Assembly (NCBI GenBank): GCA_035352955.1
Contig: DAOPYQ010000003.1
Coordinates: forward strand, 76,901 to 140,900
DNA: 64,000 nt
Reading direction: 5' to 3'
Source of the DNA: Candidatus Omnitrophota bacterium
GTDB lineage: Bacteria > Omnitrophota > Omnitrophia > Omnitrophales > Aquincolibacteriaceae
A program made the translations under genes and the position numbers. Below, one piece after another: positions 36,694 to 44,516 of the stretch. The notes beneath the pieces were generated by a model. That model saw only the letters and a list, made by a program, of their open reading frames with translations. It was not told the origin of the DNA and ran no database searches. Each line of letters begins with the position of its first letter. Position 1 is the stretch's first letter.

Positions 36694-36833
36694 TTATGCA
36701 AATTGTCCTCGCGCCAATGCGCGAGGACTATCGCGTGCGGCCCTACGGACAACCCGCTACGCGAATTGCCTTCGCGCCAATGCGCGAGGACTATCGCGTG
36801 CGGCCCTACGGACAACCCGCTACGCGAATTGCC
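36694..36833. repeat. 63-nt tandem repeat (two full units plus a diverged third copy) at the pheS 3' end and the pheS-pheT spacer
   Basis: Units 36701..36763 and 36764..36826 differ by 2 nt. Each unit carries the hairpin TCCTCGCGC-CAAT-GCGCGAGGA. On the minus strand each unit ends in CAA-TTC-GCG-TAG (Q-F-A-stop) in frame with pheS. The third copy ends CAA-TTT-GCA-TAA at 36705..36694. Confidence 0.85.
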
Positions 36834-37794
36834 TCAAAAACCGCAGATCGTTCTCGTAAAAATGGCGGATATCGTTGATGCCGTGGCGAAGCATGGCAAT
36901 ACGCTCGACGCCCATACCGAACGCGAACCCCTTGGTCACGCTCTTGTCATAGCCGACCTCATCAAAAACGTTCGGGTCCACGCTCCCCGCGCCGAGGATC
37001 TCAAGCCACCCCTTCCCCCACTGGATATCGATCTCAACGCTCGGTTCGGTAAACGGAAAAAAGTGCGGGCGGAAACGGATCTTGGTTGAAGATCCGAAAA
37101 GTTCGCGCAGAAAAAGATGGAGCACGCCCTTCAGATCGCTGAACGTGACGGCGCCGTCGACCATCAGGCCCTCGATCTGGTGGAACATGAACGAATGGCT
37201 CGCGTCGACGGTGTCCGGGCGGTACACGCGTCCCGGTGCGATGATCTTAAGGGGCGGTTTCCGGTCTTTCATCACGCGGATCTGTACGGTCGACGTTTGG
37301 GACCGGAGCAGTTGTCCCCGTGGCGTATAGAACGTATCAAAGGAATCGCGCGAGGGATGGTCCAGCGGGATATTGAGTGCCGTAAAATTATGAAATTCAG
37401 TCTCGATCTCGGGGCCTTCGACGGTTGCGAACCCCATCCGGTGAAAGATCGCCGAAATTTCGCGGATCGTCTGTTGAAGGATGTGGATGCTCCCCTTGGG
37501 AAGCGGAACTCCGGGAAGCGTCGGGTCGAAAATCTCCCCGGAAGCCCCCGCTTGCGGCGCCTTGGCGCGTTGCTCCTCGACCGCGGCCTCAAGCCATTGT
37601 TTCACGCGGTTAAGTTCGGCACCGACCGCCTTTTTTTCTTCGGCCGGAACCGCACCAAGCTGCTTGAAAAGTTCGGTGAGTTTTCCTTTTTTTCCGAGGT
37701 AGGCGACGCGGAAAGCCTCGATCCCGTCCGGGGAATTCGCACGGGCAAGAGCCTCCCGCGCTTCATTTTCCAATTGGACGATCCGGTCTTTCAT
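36820..37794 (-). CDS. pheS: Phenylalanine--tRNA ligase alpha subunit
   Basis: Class II aaRS motifs FRPHFFPFTEPS and GFAFGMGVERIAML. Confidence 0.93.
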   Translation of the reverse strand: MKDRIVQLENEAREALARANSPDGIEAFRVAYLGKKGKLTELFKQLGAVPAEEKKAVGAELNRVKQWLEAAVEEQRAKAPQAGASGEIFDPTLPGVPLPKGSIHILQQTIREISAIFHRMGFATVEGPEIETEFHNFTALNIPLDHPSRDSFDTFYTPRGQLLRSQTSTVQIRVMKDRKPPLKIIAPGRVYRPDTVDASHSFMFHQIEGLMVDGAVTFSDLKGVLHLFLRELFGSSTKIRFRPHFFPFTEPSVEIDIQWGKGWLEILGAGSVDPNVFDEVGYDKSVTKGFAFGMGVERIAMLRHGINDIRHFYENDLRFLRQFA

Positions 37795-37855
37795 GGGGAC
37801 ACCGTTTCACGGACCGGGTTCGTGACTCGCGAACCCGGTCCGCGGATGGGTACTG

Positions 37856-38206
37856 CTAGGCTTTTTTGACGAACTTAATGATCTCTTGAAACGTCTTTTC
37901 ATCCCGCGCCGCGATCTCGGCCAGGGACTTCCGGTTCAGCGTGATCTTCGCCTTTTTGAGCGCGTCGATCAGGCGCGAGTAGGTCATCCCGTTAGCACGG
38001 CACGCCGCATTAATACGGGCGTTCCAAAGCTGACGAAACTGGCGCTTGCGCTGTTTGCGGTCGCGGGTCGCGAACGCCATCGCGCGGGCCACGGTCTCTT
38101 TCGCGGTCCGGAGCAATTTCCGGCGGCCGCTGAAGAACCCCTTGGCGCGTTTGAAGATCTTTTTCTTTTTCTTGCGGGATGCTACGGTATTGGTTGTCCT
38201 TGGCAT
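37856..38206 (-). CDS. rplT: 50S ribosomal protein L20
   Basis: The whole sequence matches the L20 family, including RQLWNARINAA. Confidence 0.95.
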   Translation of the reverse strand: MPRTTNTVASRKKKKKIFKRAKGFFSGRRKLLRTAKETVARAMAFATRDRKQRKRQFRQLWNARINAACRANGMTYSRLIDALKKAKITLNRKSLAEIAARDEKTFQEIIKFVKKA

Positions 38207-38277
38207 ACATGACTCCTTCTAAACCATCAGTGATTGGGCAACGAGTTGTGCGTCACTCGCCGCTCGTGACTAAACTT

Positions 38278-38478
38278 TCAACGATCGTACGGCATGCAGC
38301 GCTTGATCGCGTTGCAATGCATCGCTTCCACCTGGAGCGGACGGCGGGACTGGCGCTTGCTCTTCGGCGAGCGGTCCGCCATCATGTGACGCCGCTTCGA
38401 GCGCGGGGCGATCACTTTCCCGCTGCTGGTGATACGGTAACGCTTCTTCATTGCTTTCTTGGTTTTTAATTTTGGCAT
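38278..38478 (-). CDS. rpmI: 50S ribosomal protein L35
   Basis: MPKLKTKKAMKKRYRITSSGK. Confidence 0.92.
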   Translation of the reverse strand: MPKLKTKKAMKKRYRITSSGKVIAPRSKRRHMMADRSPKSKRQSRRPLQVEAMHCNAIKRCMPYDR

Positions 38479-38488
38479 TTTATTTTCC

Positions 38489-39085
38489 TCATGCTGTCTT
38501 CTGCGGCGGCGGAGTTGCCGGCGCCGTGGGTTGGGATGAAGCCGATACAGCTTCTTTTTTCTTCACGGGCGCGATCTTGGTCAGGTAGACCTGAATGGCC
38601 TTCCCTTCCAACCCGACGTTGCGTTCGATCATCGCGATATCCGAGAGGTCTAGCACAAAACGGTTCACAAGTTGGCGGCCCTTGTCCACGTACACGATCT
38701 CGCGACCCCGGAAGAAGACCGTCAGCTTCACCTTGTCGCCGCGTTCGATGAAACCGCGCGCGTTGCGGAGCTTGGTCTGGTAATCGTGGTCCCCGATTTT
38801 GGTCGTCATTTTGACTTCCTTGATATCGATGACCTTCTGCTTCTTGCGGGACTCTTTTTCCTTCTTCTCAAGCATGTACAGGTATTTCCCGAGATCCATG
38901 ATGCGGCAGACCGGAGGGGTCGTCGTTCCCGCGACTTCCACGAGGTCGAGCCCGGCATCCTGCGCCTTCTGAAGCCCTTCCTGCGATGTCACGATCCCGA
39001 ACTGTTCCCCGGCAGCCCCGATCAAACGGATCTGCGGCGAGCGGATACGCTCGTTTGCCCGAACTTTCTGTGAACTGAGTGCCAA
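38489..39085 (-). CDS. infC: Translation initiation factor IF-3, with a TTG start codon
   Basis: IF3 N- and C-domains are present (IRLIGAAGEQFGIV...). The SD AAGGAGG lies 4 nt upstream of an in-frame TTG. A TAA stop three codons further upstream rules out any ATG start. Confidence 0.9.
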   Translation of the reverse strand: MALSSQKVRANERIRSPQIRLIGAAGEQFGIVTSQEGLQKAQDAGLDLVEVAGTTTPPVCRIMDLGKYLYMLEKKEKESRKKQKVIDIKEVKMTTKIGDHDYQTKLRNARGFIERGDKVKLTVFFRGREIVYVDKGRQLVNRFVLDLSDIAMIERNVGLEGKAIQVYLTKIAPVKKKEAVSASSQPTAPATPPPQKTA

Positions 39086-39111
39086 TGCGCCTCCTTATGG
39101 GTTATACAGAA

Positions 39112-40848
39112 TTAAATTCTTTGCGCGATTTCCTGGCGAATACGCTGGATCATCGCTTCCGGGGCCTGCACCCCGAGGTCCTGACGCCCGCGCCCGCGGA
39201 CCGCGACCTGCCCTGCTTCCATTTCTTTGTCACCAATGACAAAGACATAGGGAATCTTCAACATTTCGGCTTCGCGAATCTTGTAACCGATCTTCTCGGA
39301 CCGGAAGTCCGAATCCACGCGAAGGCCCGACTGCTTCAACTTCTCGACGATCGTCCCGGCAAAGGCTTCCTGCTTCTCCGAGATCGTCGTGACACGAACC
39401 TGAACCGGCGACAACCACACCGGAAAAGCACCCGCGTAATGTTCGACCAATATCCCGATAAAACGTTCCAGACTTCCGAAGATCGCCCGGTGGAGCATAA
39501 TCACGCGATGCTCCCGGCCGTCCTCGCCGACATAATTCAGATCGAACCGCTCCGGGAGGTTCATATCCAGCTGGATCGTCCCGCACTGGAGCGTCCGCCC
39601 GATCGCATCCTTGAGATGAAAATCGATCTTCGGCCCGTAAAACGCGCCGTCCGCCTCATTGACCTTGTAAGGCATCTTCATTTCATCAAGCGCGTCTTTG
39701 AGTCCCGCCGTCGCGACCGCCCACTGCTCCTCGGTCCCGATCGATTTCGGAGGTCTCGTAGAAAGCTCCACATGATAATCAAAACCGAACGTTTTGTACA
39801 CTTCATCCGTAAACCGGATGATCTCGATCACGCTCGCCTTGAGGTTCTCCGGCGTCGCGAACACATGCGCGTCATCCTGCGTAAAACCGCGGACGCGGAA
39901 AAGACCGGCCAGCACGCCGGACCGCTCGTAGCGGTGTACTTTTCCGAACTCCGCCACCTTAAGCGGTAGTTCACGGTAGGAATGCTTTTCCTCCTTGTAC
40001 ATCAGCATGCCCCCCGGACAATTCATCGGCTTCAGCGCGTAGATCTCCTTCTCACGCTCGAGAAAGAACATGTTTTCGCGGTAATTGTCCCAGTGGCCCG
40101 AAATCTTCCAAAGTTGCTCACGGAGGATCGTCGGAGTTTCGACCTCCACATAGCCAAACGCGGAAAGCTTCTCCCTCATGAACGCGATCAAGAGATTCTT
40201 AAGGAGCAACCCCTTCGGTTTCCAGAACGGAAGCCCCGGACCTTCTTCATGAAAGCTGAAAAGTCCGAGCTGCTTGCCGACTTTGCGGTGATCACGTTTG
40301 AGCGCTTCTTCCTGCTGTTTCAGGTACGCGTCGAGCTCTTTCTGGGAGAAGAACGCTGTTCCGTAGATCCGCTGAAGCATTGCATTGTTCTCGTTCCCGC
40401 GCCAGTAAGCGCCTGCGACGGAAAGAAGCTTGAAGGCTTTAACCTCGTCGCTATTGAGAACATGCCCGCCCTCGCAAAGATCCGTGAACGGCCCATTCTG
40501 CACCAGGTTGACCGTCGCGCCGGGGATCCCGTCGATGATCTCAAGCTTGTACCGCTGCCCTTTATCACCGAAAAACTTGCGGGCCTCTTCTTTGGACACC
40601 GACCATTGTTTGAACGCCTGGCGTTCCTTCACGATCGCTCGCATGCGTTCTTCGATCTTCGGAAGATCCTCTTCCTGGAACGTCACCGACGACTCGAAAT
40701 CATAGTAAAACCCTTCATCGATAACGGGACCAATGGCGAATTTCGTGCCGGGATAGAGTTCAAGAACAGCTTGGGCGAGGATGTGCGATGCAGAATGCCG
40801 CAACCTGTAGAGCGGTTCGTAGTTTTTATCGTCTGACATATCTGACAA
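39112..40848 (-). CDS. thrS: Threonine--tRNA ligase (578 aa; it lacks the N-terminal TGS domain)
   Basis: Editing-domain HxxxH (SASHILAQAV), the class II core, and the anticodon-binding domain are present. Confidence 0.9.
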   Translation of the reverse strand: MSDMSDDKNYEPLYRLRHSASHILAQAVLELYPGTKFAIGPVIDEGFYYDFESSVTFQEEDLPKIEERMRAIVKERQAFKQWSVSKEEARKFFGDKGQRYKLEIIDGIPGATVNLVQNGPFTDLCEGGHVLNSDEVKAFKLLSVAGAYWRGNENNAMLQRIYGTAFFSQKELDAYLKQQEEALKRDHRKVGKQLGLFSFHEEGPGLPFWKPKGLLLKNLLIAFMREKLSAFGYVEVETPTILREQLWKISGHWDNYRENMFFLEREKEIYALKPMNCPGGMLMYKEEKHSYRELPLKVAEFGKVHRYERSGVLAGLFRVRGFTQDDAHVFATPENLKASVIEIIRFTDEVYKTFGFDYHVELSTRPPKSIGTEEQWAVATAGLKDALDEMKMPYKVNEADGAFYGPKIDFHLKDAIGRTLQCGTIQLDMNLPERFDLNYVGEDGREHRVIMLHRAIFGSLERFIGILVEHYAGAFPVWLSPVQVRVTTISEKQEAFAGTIVEKLKQSGLRVDSDFRSEKIGYKIREAEMLKIPYVFVIGDKEMEAGQVAVRGRGRQDLGVQAPEAMIQRIRQEIAQRI

Positions 40849-41119
40849 ATCTTGAAAAAAATTTCCTCCGTAATAATGGTGAAAGAGGCCGTATTGTACA
40901 ATCGAGGCTCAAAACCCGCAACTCTTTTCCTAACTTGTTGTCCGCTCTTGAATTAGGTCGTCTTGAAACACGCCGGCATGATTTGTTTTTGTTTCCGCCT
41001 TCCTTTCTCTGTGAATTTTTTTCACAAAAAATTGTGCCATTTTTAAACGCGACACACCCGGCGCATAAATCGCCTTCTCGTAACCTATTTAATACAAATA
41101 GGTTATGGGATTTAAATTC

Positions 41120-41134
41120 TGGCACGAAAACTGC
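41120..41134 (+). promoter_or_regulatory. Sigma54 (-24/-12) promoter upstream of the first hsp20 gene
   Basis: TGGCACG-N4-CTGC with correct GG/GC spacing. It sits 54 nt upstream of the ATG, with an SD AAAGGGAGG in between. Confidence 0.55.
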
Positions 41135-41187
41135 CACATAAAGAGCAGGAAGTTCAAACATCAACTTATTAAAAGGGAGGAAATACC

Positions 41188-41643
41188 ATGAACCCACTGA
41201 CCAAATATCAAAGCCACTGGTTCGATCCGCTCGAAACGATGTCGGACCTTCAAGGGGATATCAACCGCCTTTTCTCAACCTCGCTCCGGAGAAGCCAGCC
41301 GGGATTCGCCGCAGATTATTTTCCGGCAGTCGATCTCCATGAGTCGGAGACTCAATACGCCCTTTCCATGGACGTGCCCGGGATGGAACGGAAAGACCTG
41401 GACATCTCCGTAACCGGCAACACGCTCACGGTCAAAGGCGAGCGGAAGAGCGAGGAAAAAAAGAAAGAAAAGGGATGGTTCTATTCCGAACGGAAATACG
41501 GATTTTTCCAGCGATCGATCGAACTCCCGACCGAAGTGGACGGGGACAAAATCACCGCCACCTACAAGGACGGGGTGCTTGAGTTGCTCGTTCCGAAATC
41601 GGAAAAAGCCCGGCCCAAACAGATCCGGGTCGATGTAAAATAA
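41188..41643 (+). CDS. Hsp20/alpha-crystallin family small heat-shock protein
   Basis: ACD core SMDVPGMERKDLDISVTGNTLTVKGER...GVLELLVPK. Confidence 0.9.
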   Translation: MNPLTKYQSHWFDPLETMSDLQGDINRLFSTSLRRSQPGFAADYFPAVDLHESETQYALSMDVPGMERKDLDISVTGNTLTVKGERKSEEKKKEKGWFYSERKYGFFQRSIELPTEVDGDKITATYKDGVLELLVPKSEKARPKQIRVDVK

Positions 41644-41650
41644 ACGCCCG

Positions 41651-41693
41651 GGGGACAGGTTCCTGTGACCGACCTGTCCCCTGCGGATTTTTT
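41651..41693 (+). terminator. Intrinsic terminator after the first hsp20
   Basis: 10-bp stem GGGGACAGGT/ACCTGTCCCC, followed by TGCGGATTTTTT. Confidence 0.7.
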
Positions 41694-41740
41694 GTGTTCG
41701 CCAGGAGTGACTCAAAGAAGTAAACAGAGGAGGTTCTTCC

Positions 41741-42454
41741 ATGACTGAATCCGATACGCCCCAAAAGAAGATCCAGGCATCCCATGTAATAATCGCGTTG
41801 CTTATTCTCGTCGTTTTGCTGCAAACGGCGGTCCTTCTGCACCAAAACCGCCGGCAGGCCTCGCTCGAACGGCAGCAACGCAAAGAGACTTACGAAGCCG
41901 TTCTTCCACGCCCTCCTTTCAGAGGGCACGCATTGGCAGCGAACCGCGCGACGCCGCAACCGGTCGCAGCCAATCCCGCCGCAAGTTTTTTCGAGGAAGA
42001 TCCGTTCGAGGAATTCGACGCGGTGTCGCGGAGGATAAGCAATATGATGCGGAGCGCCATGATGTTCAGCGCCCCGGCACTGCAAAGCATGCGGCAGGCG
42101 ATGAACCAGGACCTTGGCTCCGCGTTCTCGCCGTCGGTCGATCTTGAAGAAACGGAAAAATCTTATATCGTGCGGAGCGATCTTCCGGGTCTCGAAAAGG
42201 ACAAGATCAATCTGACGGTCCGGGATAACGCTCTCACGATCGAGGGTATGCGCGAAACGAGCCAGGAAACCCAGGACACGAGCAGCGGTTTTTACGCTCA
42301 CGAAAGGAGCTATGGCTCCTTCTCGCGGACCGTCCCCCTCCCCGGCCCGGTGGATGAGTCAAAGATCGCCGCCGAATACAAAAACGGCGTCTTAACGATC
42401 ACCTTGCCGAAGATCAAGGGGCAAACGAACGTGCAAAAAGTCCCGATCCAATAA
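41741..42454 (+). CDS. Membrane-anchored Hsp20 family protein (an N-terminal TM helix, a roughly 90-aa linker, then the ACD)
   Basis: TM segment VIIALLILVVLLQTAVLL. ACD region VRSDLPGLEKDKINLTVRDNALTIEG...GVLTITLPK. Confidence 0.8.
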   Translation: MTESDTPQKKIQASHVIIALLILVVLLQTAVLLHQNRRQASLERQQRKETYEAVLPRPPFRGHALAANRATPQPVAANPAASFFEEDPFEEFDAVSRRISNMMRSAMMFSAPALQSMRQAMNQDLGSAFSPSVDLEETEKSYIVRSDLPGLEKDKINLTVRDNALTIEGMRETSQETQDTSSGFYAHERSYGSFSRTVPLPGPVDESKIAAEYKNGVLTITLPKIKGQTNVQKVPIQ

Positions 42455-42458
42455 GAAA

Positions 42459-42505
42459 AGGCCAGGCATCCTTTTCCTAAGAGGATGCCTGGCCTCCCTT
42501 TTTCC
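42459..42505 (+). terminator. Terminator after the second hsp20
   Basis: 13-bp stem AGGCCAGGCATCC/GGATGCCTGGCCT followed by CCCTTTTTCC. The hairpin overlaps the last codons of the convergent vanZ-like gene. Confidence 0.65.
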
Positions 42506-42896
42506 GCGGACCTTCCTGATGCTTCCGTAGCAAGATCACGTCGTCATAGAAAAAAACACCCAAGACGGCATAAGCCGCGTCAAAAAAAACTGTCTCGATC
42601 TGGGCATGACGGCCGGGAACGAAGCTCTGCCGCCATTCGTCAAAGCAGGCGAAAAGAACGATCAGGACTACGGAAAGAAGCGAAAGCGTCCAGACATTCA
42701 GTTTAATATTCAGGTGGGCCAGCGCCCGCGCCAACAGGACCCCGAAAACCGTGTATTCCACCCAATGCGCTGCCTGATGGGCCCAGTAGCTTCGCGGGAG
42801 GTACTGCCCGGGGATCGACGAAAGGCCCGCAATGATCAACATCCACAAGATGGGCGGAAAACCGAAAACCCAAAAACGCCTTTTCCATGCTTCCAT
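42477..42896 (-). CDS. VanZ-like family membrane protein. The ORF extends to 43133; the likely start is MEAWK at 42896.
   Basis: About 4 TM helices and the VanZ motif FDEWRQSFVPGR. Confidence 0.65.
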   Translation of the reverse strand: MEAWKRRFWVFGFPPILWMLIIAGLSSIPGQYLPRSYWAHQAAHWVEYTVFGVLLARALAHLNIKLNVWTLSLLSVVLIVLFACFDEWRQSFVPGRHAQIETVFFDAAYAVLGVFFYDDVILLRKHQEGPRKKGGQASS

Positions 42897-43096
42897 ACGT
42901 TGTCTCCGGAAGGGTCTTATGAAAACGACCGGCAGTGAAATGAAACTTTGACCGCCCCAGCAGCATCCATCGTCCTGCCGGGGACCCCGCGGATGATCGG
43001 AAATATAAAAGGCCTGCGCTGTCCCAATACCGATCATCCCGCCAGCGGCGGGATGGGGCTGCGCAAATCTCCATTGATAAAAGGAAAATAAAGACT

Positions 43097-43170
43097 TGCG
43101 CTGTAGAGGATTCGAACCTCTGACCCCTACCATGTCAAGGTAGTGCTCTAACCAACTGAGCTAACAGCGC
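43097..43170 (-). tRNA. tRNA-Val (anticodon GAC)
   Basis: Manual fold gives acceptor GCGCTGT/ACAGCGC, D arm GCTC-AGTTGGTTA-GAGC, anticodon arm CTACC-TTGACAT-GGTAG, T arm AGAGG-TTCGAAT-CCTCT, and discriminator A. Confidence 0.85.
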
Positions 43171-43230
43171 TTGTAAAGAAAACTCCTGGAAGGACGCACA
43201 TCTTAAACTGCCGCCTCGGGGAATTCAACG

Positions 43231-43250
43231 AAAAAAGAGGTCCGACCTCT
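43231..43250 (-). terminator. Terminator at the end of the pilus operon
   Basis: On the minus strand the TAG stop is followed immediately by AGAGGTCGGACCTCT and then TTTTTT. Confidence 0.6.
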
Positions 43251-43713
43251 AAAGATCGAGTTTGCGGGTCGTCTGGTCTTTAAGATTCGTGACAATGACC
43301 GAATCGGGAGCGATCGAAGTGACTTCATAATCCCCGATCCGGCCCTTGGGCTCGATCATCTGTCCGTTGAGGATCGCAAACGGCTGCGTGGGATTGTAAA
43401 TAATCCCTTCGAGAACGATCCCCGCCACGACGGGAGCTGCCGGGGGCGTAACGACATGGGACACCGCAACCGAAGGTTTCGGAATCCGGACCGGACGATT
43501 CCCGGCAAGGCTCGCCTCCCCCTTCACGATAAAAACATAAGCCCCGGCCGCCACAAAAATACCCCCCATAAAAAGAAAAACGATAAGTCTCCAGTTGTTT
43601 TTTTTCCGGACAACTTCGATTTTCGGCATCGAAACGTCCCGCACCGGAACGACCGGCGCTTCGGATTCCTTCGTCGCCTGGATCTGTTTCAGGTAATCAT
43701 AAACAATGCTCAT
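43249..43713 (-). CDS. GspB/ExeB-like bitopic membrane protein. The ORF extends to 43800; the likely start MSIVYD at 43713 forms an ATGA overlap with exeA-like.
   Basis: Single TM helix LIVFLFMGGIFVAAGAYVFIV and a periplasmic C-domain. It sits downstream of the ExeA-like ATPase gene, as in exeAB/mshMN loci. Confidence 0.45.
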   Translation of the reverse strand: MSIVYDYLKQIQATKESEAPVVPVRDVSMPKIEVVRKKNNWRLIVFLFMGGIFVAAGAYVFIVKGEASLAGNRPVRIPKPSVAVSHVVTPPAAPVVAGIVLEGIIYNPTQPFAILNGQMIEPKGRIGDYEVTSIAPDSVIVTNLKDQTTRKLDL

Positions 43714-44516
43714 TGGATCTCTTCCATCGAAGCGAGCAGGATATCCTGGTCGAGCACCTTCTGTTTTCGGACGAATCCGAGCAACAGCGCGCGATCGCAA
43801 AGAAGATTGATCAGACGCGGAACACCTTTCGAAAAGTCGTTGATCACCTGGTACGCCTCCGGCGTCACCATGACTCCTTCCGCCCCCGATCGGGAAAGGC
43901 GGAAATCCACGTAGGCCTTTACATCGCCGGAGTCGAGCGGCTGAAGGTCATATTTGATCACGACGCGCTGATAGATCTGACGGAGGTCATAACGGCGAAG
44001 GTTGGCCTTGAGCTCCGGCTGCCCCACCAGAACGATCTGGAGCAACTTGCCGTGCTTCGTCTCGAGATTCGACAAAAGGCGTATCTGCTCGAGCTGGCGC
44101 GGCTTCAGGTTCTGTGCCTCATCGATCACGAGCACCGCGTTCCCCTGCTGCAGGCTCAGATCGATCAAGAATGCATCGAGTTTTTTTACAATATCAAGGC
44201 GGGTCTTTTTCTCGGCTTCAAGCCCGAAATCCTCAACGATCGCCTGCAAAAGCTGGATATCGCTGAAGTAAGGGCTCAGGATCAGCGAGGTCCGGACGGT
44301 CTTGGGAAGGCGTTCCATAAGCGCTTTGCAAAGCGTGGTTTTCCCCGTCCCGACTTCCCCGGTGATCAAAAGAAGTCCCTTACGTTCTTCGATCCCGTAC
44401 ATCAGGGACCCGAGGGCTTCCTGATGGGAACGGCTTTCAAAAAAGAGATCGGCGTCGGTCGTGATGTGAAAAGGCTGGGTCTTGAATCCGTAAAACTCGC
44501 AAAGGGCCGTGGTCAT
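43710..44516 (-). CDS. ExeA/GspA/MshM-like AAA ATPase
   Basis: Walker A GEVGTGKTTL, Walker B VLVIDEAQNL. ATGA overlap with pilQ. Confidence 0.8.
   Translation of the reverse strand: MTTALCEFYGFKTQPFHITTDADLFFESRSHQEALGSLMYGIEERKGLLLITGEVGTGKTTLCKALMERLPKTVRTSLILSPYFSDIQLLQAIVEDFGLEAEKKTRLDIVKKLDAFLIDLSLQQGNAVLVIDEAQNLKPRQLEQIRLLSNLETKHGKLLQIVLVGQPELKANLRRYDLRQIYQRVVIKYDLQPLDSGDVKAYVDFRLSRSGAEGVMVTPEAYQVINDFSKGVPRLINLLCDRALLLGFVRKQKVLDQDILLASMEEIQ

Noticed and set aside
36694-36833. Possible CRISPR array from the 63-nt direct repeats
   Set aside because: There are only 2 full copies plus one degenerate copy. The copies are directly adjacent with no unique spacers, and they overlap the pheS stop. 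No cas genes are present in the window.
39084-39086. AUU start codon for infC as in E. coli
   Set aside because: The ATT at 39086..39084 is out of frame by one nt relative to the IF3 reading frame. The in-frame initiator is TTG at 39085..39083.
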